Positions 11,601-23,700 of a stretch of DNA of 64,000 nucleotides are shown here, piece after piece. This DNA is from Rhina ancylostomus (taxonomy: Eukaryota). Position numbers and translations under genes: made by a program. Location of the stretch: assembly GCA_030265395.1 (NCBI GenBank), contig JARFYF010000007.1:55408265-55472264 (forward strand). The letters run 5' to 3'. Position 1 is the first letter of the stretch. Each line of letters starts with the position of its first letter. The notes under the pieces are model-generated. The model did no database searches and was not told the DNA's origin. It was given only the letters and a program-made list of their open reading frames with translations.

Positions 11601-12908
11601 GGTGACACAGCTCATATCCGTCTGCAAAGTGAAAATTAAATTTACGTTTCGTCAAATTTTACATTTTCTAATATCTCCGCTCAAGAAGTATTTCTCAATT
11701 GAAATTCTGGCACTAGTTATTAAATAAATAAATAATATGGAAACCTGCCTGTAAAAATACAAAGGGAAATTTCAGTCAAAAGGTTGATGCTTGTTTTTGA
11801 AGTTTAGCTTTTAGCTCACCATAGGGAAGACATGCGGATCTCTCCAAATAGTGCAGTCCTACAGAGGTCACTCTTCAGATGCATAAAACAGCCAACCCGC
11901 AAGAAGAGTCCCTGGATCAGTAGCTGACTGGGAGCTTTTATTTTCCTCATTGTAGTTTATTTTGATATTCTTGCTTTTCTAAAATTATATTTTCCAGAAG
12001 TTTGTGGGGAGAGGTTGATTCTGTTGCAATTTTTGCCAGATTTGTGCAAAACATTTTGGAACCAATTCACAATCTGAATTTAATAATACCCACTGAATCT
12101 TTGTAATATTATGTCCGTTTACACATTGAAAATATTCTTGTATTCAGTTTGGAAGCTTTGAAAGGTACATTGTATTGGTCAAACATCATCATTGTTAATC
12201 AGTTAACTTATTTAATATATGCAGGAGGTACTTATTAACCCTCCAGCTTTGCCCCAGAACCTCATGGAATTGAGAAGTAATCTCCTGGACACTATGCTAA
12301 GCGACTTAGAGAAAACATTTAGAAGCTTCGAAATAAAATTCTTTCTTTTATTTTAGTAATTTGGTTTATTAGTGAAGGTGAAACTAATGGCTGTGGTAGG
12401 AGATGGGGAGCCAAATAATGAAACCATCAAGAAATGTCTAACAAGAGACGGCAAACCAAAAGGGATATAAACTTTGCTTTGCAGTTGTTATATTTTCCTC
12501 ATGCTGTGCATCTGTTTACTGGGCTTTTCAACCTTCCTGACAAGGGTGGGTTGTCTTAGCTGCCCAGTCTGCTTTGTAATGTGTCAGAAAGTGTTTTCAT
12601 GCATTTTAAGGAACTGATCATTTTCTACAGCTCATTGGGTTGATGCAATGAACTCTCACCAGAGAATATCCATGCAGCATGTTGAGATTAATGAGCATCC
12701 TGCCCGTAGACACATTGTTTTAGATGGCACATTTGCTCAAGAATCGGTTCATTGCCTGTTCACTCACAGGTGAGGAGAGAGAGGAACAGTTTTGCTTGCT
12801 TGCTGTGATGTTAATCAAGTGGTTCTAGTGTAATGAAAGCAAGCATAGATCAATCTTGATAAATTCACTATTTAGAAAAGCAGTTTCTTAAATTCATTTT
12901 TNNNNNNN

Positions 12909-13060
12909 TGCCAGGGCCAATATTTATTGTCCATCCCGAAGGTGGTGGTGAGCCACTCTCTTGAACTGTTGCAGTGCTGACTGTAGCAACACTCCCAAAG
13001 AGTTGTTGAATAAGAAGTTTCGGGATTCAGACTCAGCGGTGCTGAAGGACCGACAATAAA
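12909..13060 (-). mobile_element. LINE 3'-end fragment (antisense), family uncertain
   Basis: atttattgtccatccc gaaggtggtggtgagcc...ttgaactgttgcagt resembles a common shark/ray LINE terminus in reverse. Recalled, not searched. Confidence 0.5.
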
Positions 13061-13502
13061 GGTACTTTATCTGCTTACCAGACCAGCTAGTAAAATCTGT
13101 AGCTCCCATGGAACTCAAAAGGATGAAAATACACTTCACACTTCCAGTCCACAATATGATCAGATGACTTGTTCAATAAAATAGTAAAACAGCATGTGTA
13201 ATATTGAACAATTTTTTTCTTTACGTGAATTGTTTTTAAAATTTTACTCATGAGGGTTAATGGCAAACTCTCAATTTTCTTCCTCGCCGCCCCCCCCCCC
13301 AGTTCTATTCTTTCACCCCAGCCCTATTTCTTTGTAAATTGAATTGACTTACCACAGCAGTGAGGTTATTTGATGCACTAATTCAGAAGTACTAATATTA
13401 TTATGCACTCCGTGGTAGTTGAAAGTAAAGAATGGTACAATATAGGGGTTTCAGTTCGCACTGCTCCCAAAGCTGTACTTAAGCAGAAGTCTTGTGAACT
13501 TT

Positions 13503-13780
13503 GGGGCGGCACGGTAGCGTAGAAGGGGCGGCACGGTAGCGTAGTGGTTAGTGCAATGCTATTACAATGCCAGCGATCGGGGTTTGATTCCCATCGCTGT
13601 CTGTAGGGAGTTTGTACGTTCTCGCATGTCTGCGTGGGTTTCCTCCGGGTGCTCCGGTTTCCTCCCACATTCTAAAGACGTACGGATAGGTTAACTTGAG
13701 GTTTAAAATGGGCGGTGCGGACTCATTGGGCTGGAAAGGCCTGTTACCACACTAAATAAAATTTAAAATTAATTTAAAAC
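13503..13780 (+). mobile_element. tRNA-derived V-SINE (HE1-like), relatively young
   Basis: A-box TAGCGTAGTGG, B-box GGTTTGATTCC (13581-13591), V-domain gtctgcgtgggtttcctccgggtgctccggtttcctcccaca, LINE-like tail gggctggaaaggcctgtt, AT-rich end. CpGs are retained. Confidence 0.9.
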
Positions 13781-14814
13781 ATTTACTATTCAATTGCTGC
13801 TGTTTGGTTATTTTTACAACAGCTCTTTGGTGAAGTAAAGTCCCAAGAGATGGGCAACATCATCATAATTAGCTAGAACTTTTGACAATTAAAATTTTCC
13901 AGATAGGCATGCAGGTAAAAAAAAAGTTTACTGATGTACAAAAAAGCCATTAATATAATGGCGAGTTTTGTCCACACAAAGCCACAGAGAGATTTGAATT
14001 TTACTTCTGTCCTTTCAGCTTTACTTAAAGATAAAAGATGCAAGTTTTAGTTGTAAGTTATTCATTCATTTCTATTAATTTTCTGAAATGATTGCTGTAA
14101 TGATTATAGACCCATATACACATGGAGACCACTTGCCCCATTGCCACTGTACTTGTTATTCATTTGGGGCCATATATCCTAATCTAATTTCCATGTCTGT
14201 TCCTCATATCCTTTGATATCTTTCTTTTCTTATCCAATTCCTTTACAACTGATATTAGGACCTCTGTTTCGATGGTTATTCATACAAAGGTATCCATGCT
14301 TTGATAACCATCTGCTAAAAAATATCAGCGAAATAAGTCAGTTCCTCATTGTTTTCCATTCACCAGTTAGTTAAAAGACTCCTTCATCACAAAACCCTTT
14401 GTAATTCATTGTCTCTGTTAGATTCCCTTCTTAATCTAAGCAGAAAAAAAAACTGCTATTTTTTATACATTGTCTTTCATTCCTGCTGTCATTATTTAAA
14501 TTCTTTTGTGTCTCTAATATCCTTCCTGTGATAGGGAATGATAATAAAGGGGCAGCTTTTATTATCAGGAAATATTCTTCCATTTTTCCTTTTGAATTAA
14601 GTTTTTTTTACAGCAAAATATGTTCTATTGCAGTTCAATGAGTCTCTACGAAGTAGATGAACAAAGAAAGCTCAGTGACAAAATCATTTAGTTATGATCG
14701 ATCAAAAGGACTGTAGCAAAGGAAGCAAACTGGTTATTCACAATTTCAGAAAATGCAAGTAATATGTTAAATCATAGGTAATTTTAGGAATGGTAGCATG
14801 CTGTCAAGGTGAAT

Positions 14815-14978
14815 ATTTTCAAAAAAGATTGATAGATTTTTAGAAATTAAGGAATCAAGGGAATGTGGAGTTAGTAAAGGCAAGTGCTGCTGAGGTAAAC
14901 AATCAGGCATGATCTTATTGAATGGCAGAGCAAGCATGAAGTGCTAAATGGGCTATTCCTGCATCTGTTTCTTATATG
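14815..14978 (+). mobile_element. CR1-type LINE 3' tail
   Basis: gatagatttttag...atcaggcatgatcttattgaatggcagagcaagc...ctattcctgc. Related copies near 17060 and 53710. Confidence 0.7.
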
Positions 14979-15899
14979 AGAGCTTTGAGAGGAGTTGTTC
15001 TGATGGCACTTCTGAATCTGACTTGATTCCTTAAGTTAGTTGTGAAAGATCCTACCTTTAAAATTTATGTCATGAGAAGTGTGTGTGAAGGATGCTGTAA
15101 AATTTGATTGTATAGGTTTTATTTTTCAGTTGAATCTCAGTCTTACAATTATAAGGTCTGTCTGAAGAAAATTCAAAGATGAGAGTTGGATTTCACATAT
15201 GTCAAATGCCTGTGCCAAGCAGATATTACCTCAGCCTGTTTGTTTAATTCAAATCATCAAATATAGAGGCAACGCCCCTACTAACTCTTGATAGAACTAG
15301 ATTCAGGGCATGGTCCTGTTTACATCATGATAAACCTAACCACAAAGAAATAAAAGACTGGTCTGTAATTTAGACAAAGTACCCATGCTTTTTGTTTCTA
15401 TGGATATCAGAGCAGTGAGCAAGCAGCAGCAGCTAAAGGCACATAGAACATGAGAAATGCAAGCCTCAACACTGGTGCTGAGCTGATAGACTGTGCTTTC
15501 TGCTCACATCACCAGAATGGCTAGGAAATGAATTTTACTTCATTAAAAAGCATGACACTTTTCAGAGGGGACAGCTTTTGGATGACAAGCTATTCCATTT
15601 GCAGTTTGAAGATGACATTAGCATCTGTGCTGTCGAGGCCTTTTACATTCACAGGCATAATTTAACTAGAGAGTGTTGTGCCCTGATGTGGCTATTCGAT
15701 GGCAGAATGAAATACTGTTTTGGTTTTGGTCAATGAACATATTCTCAGTTCACAGTCAGCTACCTCACATAGCCCTGATGATTCATTGGTACCAGTTGTA
15801 TGTTTAGTATTAACATGTTCTTAGTCTGCAATTGAATATTTTTGCATTGTCAGGCTCTATGGCGGTTTGTCTAAATAAGTAAACACACTGCACATCACA

Positions 15900-16045
15900 G
15901 GTAGAGCAATGGGGTGCTACAGTCTGCTCTGCGCCCCTGGGCCGGGAGGAGAAAGAACCAGGGTCCCACTTCTGATTGCTATATATTAGCCTCTGTTAGC
16001 ATGTGTGATGTGGGCAAAGATCAGATTATCCAGGACTCCACTTAA
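15900..16045 (+). mobile_element. Ancient SINE-like repeat, family B
   Basis: gcccctgggccgggaggagaaag...ctgattgcta is shared with 57640 (+) and with inverted copies near 20520, 45820 and 59340. Confidence 0.45.
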
Positions 16046-16727
16046 AGAAAGGTCACTTAAGAATGTCACTAACTTTAAAAGCTACATCCTATCCTCAAGT
16101 TATAGATAGCCACTTTATGAATGGAGATGTTCAAACACACTCTTGCAAATATTATGAAGTTTAGAAGAATATAACTTTTTGAACCAGCAAGAAAATCAGG
16201 TGGTTTGAGATATATTGAGATAAAAAATGGTTTGGAAATGTATTGCGCACATGTTTCTAGTTACTTGAGAAAGTTCCTTTCTTTGCAGTCTTAATTAAAT
16301 AAAAGTTCTAGTTCCTGAATGCTAATGACTGCTGTACCCAATCTCTTCTCTTTATCAAACTTCGTTATGTTTCATAATCAATTAGTCGCTTAAGGTATGA
16401 AGAATACACTGGGCAAGAAACACATTGATAAAGTCAGATTTCAGGAACAGAGAATCTCATTTTGTACATTGTAATATCTGTGAACATACATGAATGAGGG
16501 AATAATATTGTGCAAAATTATCATGCAAATTCTAAATGGCTTGACATGCTTGGAATAAACTTATCTGTACTAAACATCAAATGAAATATTAAATCTCGTA
16601 TCAGAGCATTTTTATTTTAGATTTTAGATCATATTCAATGATGAGTTCTTTCAAGAACATCACCGAGATAAAGCAGTGTCTTGTACTATACCTTTCTCTT
16701 TTGCAGGTAAATGGGCACATATTGATG

Positions 16728-17145
16728 GTCTTTAGGCTTGGTATCTGTTGGAGATTAGAAGAGTAAGAGCGGACTTCATTGAAATATAAAAGGTCCCAAA
16801 GATTCTCGACAGGGTAAATGTGGAGAAGATATTTTGTCTTGTGAGATAATGTAGAATTAGCAGTTACTTTAAAAACAAGAGTTCATCCATTTAAAACAGA
16901 GTGGAGTTGAGTTTTTCACTCAGAGGGTTGTGAGTCTTTGGAACTCTCTTCCTCAAAGAGCCTTAAGGCTCTTGAATATTTTTATGGCAGAAGCAGAGAA
17001 GGCCCTGATGCAAGTGGGTGAAAAGTTATCATGGCTTGATGGGAAAGCAGAGTTAGATTATAACTAGATCAGCCATGATTTTATTGAATGACAGTGCAGG
17101 CTTAAGAAGCTGAGTAGCCGACTCCTGCTCCTAGCTATATATTTG
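16728..17145 (+). mobile_element. CR1-type LINE 3' fragment (ORF2 C-terminus and tail)
   Basis: Decayed GLYSLE-RR-RGDLIE-YK-like coding remnant, tttttcactcagagggttgtgagtctttggaactctct, and tail agatcagccatgat...actcctgctcct. Confidence 0.8.
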
Positions 17146-20100
17146 TGTTTGTAGTTAAGCCCAGAATTAAGCATTGCAATAATATCTGGGATCACCTTGC
17201 TTTAGTATTTGGGAATTGATAAAGAAAGAAAAAATGACTTGCATTTACCCGGTATAATTAGAAGTGCCTTACATATGCACATTAACAAAATTTTATTAAC
17301 TAAATTGAATGTTCTGGAAAATGAAACTTATCAAGTTCCTTGAACTTTTTAAAATAGGTTGACTTAAGTTAAATTCCAGAAGTCACATTTAATATGAATG
17401 TTGTCTAAGACTACTGACAGTGCAGTTTTGCCATTCCTTTGTGTCACAATAGTGTGCGATAGTTTGGATAGATGATTGGACTTAAAACAGTACGTTGTTG
17501 TCTTGGTGCCTTTGGTGTTCTTAAAAAGAATGACGGGATTTCAGTTCTGCAGTGATTTATGCTNNNNNNNNAAGGTGTTAGTGTGCTTATTAAAATCAGG
17601 CTGATGTGTTATTGTCAGGAGAAACTTAAGTTGTTATAGTCCTGTGAAGAAAGCAATAATTTGATAAAATAAATTGCTACAAAGTACTGTACATAGGAAT
17701 CAGCAGGAAGTGTTATGAGTAGTTCTCCATTAAAGGAGATTGACAAACAAACCTGGTCTTGCTAAAATAAAGCTTCATTGCAGTGAATTTTGTCTCATGT
17801 TCTTTGTAAGAGACCATGGGAATATAGAAGGTACAGCTGTCTTAAAAGCAAAAAAAAACAAGAGAAGCCTGTTTTCAGACATTGCACCCCCACCCTTGTG
17901 CTTAACCCCCGAGGAATTTTAATTTTGGCAAATATGAAAGCATATTTGTCAATCCTACCTAATTTGAGATCAGTCGTGGGAAAGATACTGTACCAATCTG
18001 CTTACTGTACCAGAACAGATCTACATATATTAAAGTGTCCAAAAAATGTTCATTTATGAAGTTTGGCTATTGAGCTCTCATTGGAAAGTTGGGTTGTGGC
18101 ACAAAGTCATTCATTTTATCACATCCCCCAACCCCATTCCAGTAACACAAGATTTCCTGATCTGAATGTATAAAATAGATATTAAAGTATCTAGTCAAAT
18201 CAATGAAATTTAAGTTCCTCCCATGGCCCTGTTGAGAAGGAGAACTTGTTAGTCAGCTTTTTACTTGAAGAGGTTTGCATATAATTTATGCAACAGTGTT
18301 GATTCAAATTGTGTAATATTGAAGGAATGCTGACAGTACTTGTATGGGTGCAGAACATCATATCATTTTGTTGTAATTGACAACGGAGGAAAGAACAAAG
18401 GAAAATGCAACTTCAGTGGCCTCATTGTTGAAGTTGGGTTTGGCTAAAACTGCCTTTTGATGTTGGATAATTTTGCGCATGAATGATAAACAACAGAGAA
18501 ACTCTTTGGTAATGACAGTTGAGTAGTTTCCTCCATAAACTGGTGTATCTTGGTTAACCATGTGTGTCATAAACATTTTGTTGAATTTCTATATTTTAAA
18601 GCCAAATGAATTGTTGTACAGGTATTCAAAGCAACTGAGAGATAAGCAGTAATAATTTGCCCTTCCCTCCCTGCAGATGTGTTTTTTGTTCCCCCTGCTA
18701 TGCCTTATTGAAGAAAGGCTGAGAAATGTTTGACTAAAATGAAACTACATCCAGTTTCTATAATTCAAAGGCAAAATACTGGAAATAAAATAAAACAGAA
18801 ATTGCTGATCAGGCATCATCTATGACCAGAAAAGCAGTTTTACATTGCTGAATTTTTCATTTAGCTTCCCTAGATTGATGTGGATATTTATAGATATGGA
18901 CATGACTTGTTTGACACATTTTATGTTTTCTTGTAGATGCATCCGTGCGTTTTCTTCAGAGAAACTTCTTTCAAACGCGGAGTAGAAATTTTAGAGAGAG
19001 TCTTAGTACAGTCTTATATTTAAAAGGATATCAACCCCAAGTTATTGACAATAAAATTTTTATGCTGAAGCTAAAACTAGCAATGCAAACCATGGACAGA
19101 ATATGAAAATCCAAATCTAGCAGAAATCAGGTCTGCCAGTCCAATTTTTCCAAAAGAAAAGCACCAGTCCATTCTGCTCTAAGTAGTAAGGTGATGCAAC
19201 CATTTTATATACAAAATATAAGTGGGAACTGGTGTTGCCAAGGCAACATATAGATTTTGTTCATGTCCAAACTGACACATCTATCACTGTGATTTGAAAG
19301 AGAAAGGAGGGAAGCAGCGTTCAGAGCTGTTGAGTATTTTGCTTTTATAAGGGTAGGTTAGGATTAGGATGTATAAAGGGCTTGTATTTTCTGGCTTGGG
19401 CTAGAGGATGGTAAAGAAAAGCTGCTCAGTTCTTGTTCATTCATTGTGTGTAATATGAAAAAGGTAGATTTAATTTGCTGCTTTATTGAAGTCCCGCATG
19501 CCTCAAGCTTCAGCTTGTACCATGGGTTAGTCAAGAGACTTTTTTTTCTCCTTCTGGCCCAGCAGTAGCTATTCTGTTGGTTTAAGCTCACTTTGAGATT
19601 GTTTCTTTCATCTATTTAGGCCACAGAGAGTAACATGCTGAGTAGCAACAGAACATGCAAGAATTGGTGGGTCTGAGGTTATCTGAAAGGAAAACACAGT
19701 GCTTTTGATGCAGCCATCTTTCAGGCACAGGCTTTGGTCTATCCCTCCATGAGAAAGGCAAAGATAAACACACCATATTATCCCTGCACTACTCTGTTAA
19801 ATATATTCCTCCAAGTACTACTTCCCTCCCAACAGAACTGGATGGAGCTTTGGTATTCAAACCAATGAGTTTCCCTCATGATCCTAATAGGTGTATCCAG
19901 CTGTCTCAGGAAATGAGGAGAAAGACTAAATGAAGTATCACATATCAGATGTATAATCTTTCTGTAAAATATATTTAAATTCTGTACCAAAGTGATTTTG
20001 AAGATGGGGAAATGTGCAAAATCTGTGTAGAAGTGAAAAGGTCCTTTTGATTTTGCTTAAAATTTGTCCCTTTGTTTGATCTTAAGAGGCTTTGGGAGTA

Positions 20101-20519
20101 AAAAAGGAAATACAACTGGGCTTTGGAAGCATCTCAGGATCCCTGCAGGTACAAGCTTGTGACAAATGTTTTATTAGCTGCTAATGAGTATATCAGCAAG
20201 ATGAACCAATCTTGTGCCACTTGGAAGGAGTTTTATAGAACAAAACTTTTAGACAGTCACAGAATTTATTTACATGAAGATTCACATTTACAAGCAAGTT
20301 TCAAATTGCTTCTATTTGTGAGAAACTTAATGAGATTCCAGTGACAACTTCAGGTTTCCTGGGCACTGTGGAAGTATAAGAAAAAAAAAGACAAATCATT
20401 CTTTTGCCCTCAATAATCTTCATTATTTCTCTTAGCTCACTCCTTTTGTTCTTGTACTGTGGAACATGGTACTTTTAACTCTTCTGTGTCTACTATTTAT
20501 CTGTGAGCCTTGAAGGTAA

Positions 20520-20750
20520 GTTGGGGCAAAAAATTGATCTGCCTTGTCCCATTAATCACTCAGGGCAGTGGGGTAAAAATGGCNNNNNNNNNNCTCTCCC
20601 AAACTCAGGGACATTGAAGAACAGTGCAACAGCTGAACCACACTCAATTAAGATTAACAAACTCATTGTAGACCAAGAATCAAAGCTTGGAACCTTTTTG
20701 ATATAGCTCAGCTATTCATTGAATAATGAATCACTAAGTTAGTATCAGAA
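20520..20750 (-). mobile_element. Ancient SINE-like repeat, family B (antisense)
   Basis: ctctcccaaactcagggacattga resembles the reverse complement of tcagtgcccctgggttagagag at 57641. Confidence 0.4.
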
Positions 20751-23700
20751 AACTTCAATTTCTTAACAAAGCAATCTCAAGAAGAAATATAACAATACCA
20801 TTTTGTTAGTAATTGTATGTATAGTGGAAGTTGTTTAGACTATTCTGTGAACATATCTTTCAATGAGAATGTAGTTTAAAGCAAAACTCATAAAGTAATT
20901 TCTATGAACATTTTGAAAGAGAGACTTAAGTTCTCCATTTGGTTGTTGTGTTAAAATGTAGAGGCTTGTGAATAATGTTGGAATCTGACAAGTAAGTACC
21001 AACAGGTAATCTTGTCTGTGCCCAGCATTTCTGATAACTGCTCTTGTTGGAAAAGCCAACCTATGCAAAAGTTTGACGGAAAACTTTATGCCCTTGTGAA
21101 AATCATTTAGTGTTCTACTTTGACCAGAACAAACAATATCATTGAGCTGGCAGAATGAGTGGGTTTCATCAGAGATTTTCTGATGAATTATTATCGCATA
21201 TGCAGATAGAGGCTTAGTTTTAGATTTAGTTTTGTAACTAGAAATCAGACATTCTCCAAGGGAAGAATGAAATTAAGCAGAAATCTTCTTAGCATTTGTT
21301 ATTAAGACTGTTAGTGAAGTGCTGATGGTTGATTTAACATTGAAGGCAGCTTTCTTCAGGAGCAGAATTAGAGATACTTTCTTACCCAGTTAGCAACTTG
21401 ACTATAAGTATTTGGAACTCTCCATTACACGACATTATTGGCATTAAAAATTAAGATTACAAAGTTCCAGAGAAGTATTTTTACTGGTTGGATGAATTCT
21501 TTTTGCACTAACTCATTGTGGAACCTTTCTCTGAATCCTTCTTAAATCTTAACTCATTGATATCAAAGTTTCCTTTACTCAGTTTATTTCCTGAAAACAT
21601 TATAACACCTATTCTTTCTCCTCTGAGCAAATCTTATCCAAATACTTTTGAATTAACCTTATTGACTACATTTGGTCAGGCACGGCTCACAATGTATTCA
21701 CTTTGTTACGGGGAGCAAGCTATAACGAATAACAAGTTTTACTTCTTGAAATCTTGAAATGTGCATATTTTAGCAGGGCTGTTTGAAATTGCTATAATCT
21801 TTGAACAGCCTAACTGCAAAGGTTAAAATAATTACCAATGCACTGTTCCCCAGGCTCTGTTTGATTATCCTTATCAGATATTCTACAGGATTACTCTGTG
21901 GTCCTGTCGAGGAAACAATAGAGATAAAATTATGTACATCAATGCTATCTCGATGGCCCTTCTCTAACCGTAACAGGTGATTTGAGTACGTTATGTGCGT
22001 ATAATTTGAGTTGATAACATCAGCATGTTATCAGTAACAGAGCAATTTAAACTTGCCATATAGAGTATCCAAAATCTTAAGTTAGCTTGCTGTAAAGGAA
22101 TTAAATATTATTTGGCCATTTGAAAGAAATCAGTAATCTTTATTTTTAACTCATACTCATTTACAGTATAAACATTTTTAATGTTGTTTGTACCAAACAG
22201 AATATTATAGATGTTTAGACACATTGCTTCGTGTCTAAAATACACTTACATTTTGAGTCAAAATTAGCAATTATGATTCAAACTTGTTTTATATATCATT
22301 CAGTTATTCAAAGACTTCAACATCAAATGCAAATTGTATCAAGCACTAATCTTGGAGAGTTGAAACCCCCTGTGAATTTCAAGCATTTGGCCTTTATTAA
22401 CCTGATAAGCAAGCACACTAAAATAAACAGTTTGGTTTGGTAGAACAATTTAAGAAAGCATCTGCAGGACTTTAGGAGGAGTAATGACTGTGTTTATCTA
22501 AGAATATTTAATAGGTTTAATTTCCTTAACCACATTGATTTTTGATGTGCTGAAGAATGCTTGTTGTAATATTAATTTATATAGATGATTTATATAAGTG
22601 CATTCTTTTGGATTTTGAGGTCTTCTTGACTCACCACTGGAACTCAATTTGTATTCTAACAGTTGACAGTCGATGTATGAAGTAATTGTATCGTAACTCA
22701 ACAAGGTAAACACAGATCCATTTCAGCAACCACCACTTTACAGTCTAGGGCTTGGGACCTCTGCCAGATTGCAGCTTGTAGGAGCTGAGAGTGCTGGAAT
22801 CATGTCCAAATCCTTTCCCCATCAGCCCTGTAGGCTGGCTATATGCTTGCAGAATACTTACACTAAAATCCTAGCTCTAGGATACTGAGTTGCTTTTTTT
22901 TAAGGAAAACGCATTAAAGCTTATTTGGAATTGTTTGGCTCTCCACATGGATTGAAAGAAAGCATCCTTCAGTTCTACTTGTAAACAGCTAAATTTCTTT
23001 ATTTGGTTTGATCCTATCTATTATTGTGTGGAAAGCAGCTAGTTTACTTGACTAGGTCAGAGCTTTTCTGCTGAATGTCAGGCTTTATTTCAGAACCATT
23101 GTGCCCTTATCACAAACCCATAGCAATCTATTTTAACTTTCTGGAGCATGTTTCAGTGGCAGTTGGGTTGGTGTGTCACCAGTTTAAATCATTCTATTTA
23201 TTTCACCTTTGTCAACTCACGGTTCTTACAAACTGGAGAGAAAAGGAACAAAAAGTGGGATGATAGCCAATATAACTTTAAGTTCTTGTTTTGTACAAGG
23301 CCTATAAATCTTTTACAACAAAGTTGTGGCTTTGAAACTCCAAATGTACTTGTTGAAGTCTTTTATCATGATAGCTGAAAGAATTCAGATGTCTTCTCTC
23401 AAACAATAGTTTTCTGTACCTTATCAATTGGCTTTTGGCCAAAGGGATACCTGAGAACATGACTACACATGAGGAAATACAACAGTTGAGAATTTTTCCA
23501 TTTGTGCTCTCTGTTTTGGGTTCAGTAGACCTAGCTTTATAATAGAGATGACATGTATTGCACTTTATTGTTGTATCCCATTTTATTATTATTTCAATTC
23601 TTAGCAATTTATGCATGTTTAAAAATTGTGTTTTCAAAAATTTACTGTTAGAGATATTTTGTAGAACCATTCTACAATTTGGTCATGCAGTGAATATGGG

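Larger units (their letters stand above)
1650..11700. promoter_or_regulatory. Broad CpG-retaining domain around the promoter and exon 1
   Basis: CG dinucleotides are visibly frequent here and scarce in most of the remaining window. No interspersed repeats were recognised inside. Judged by eye, so boundaries are approximate. Confidence 0.65.

Noticed and set aside
13525-13600. tRNA gene
   Set aside because: The A and B boxes belong to the SINE head and run into the V-domain. There is no cloverleaf or Pol III terminator.
13378-13668. 96-aa minus-strand ORF (MGGNRSTRRKPTQT...)
   Set aside because: It is the standard antisense translation of the V-SINE core.
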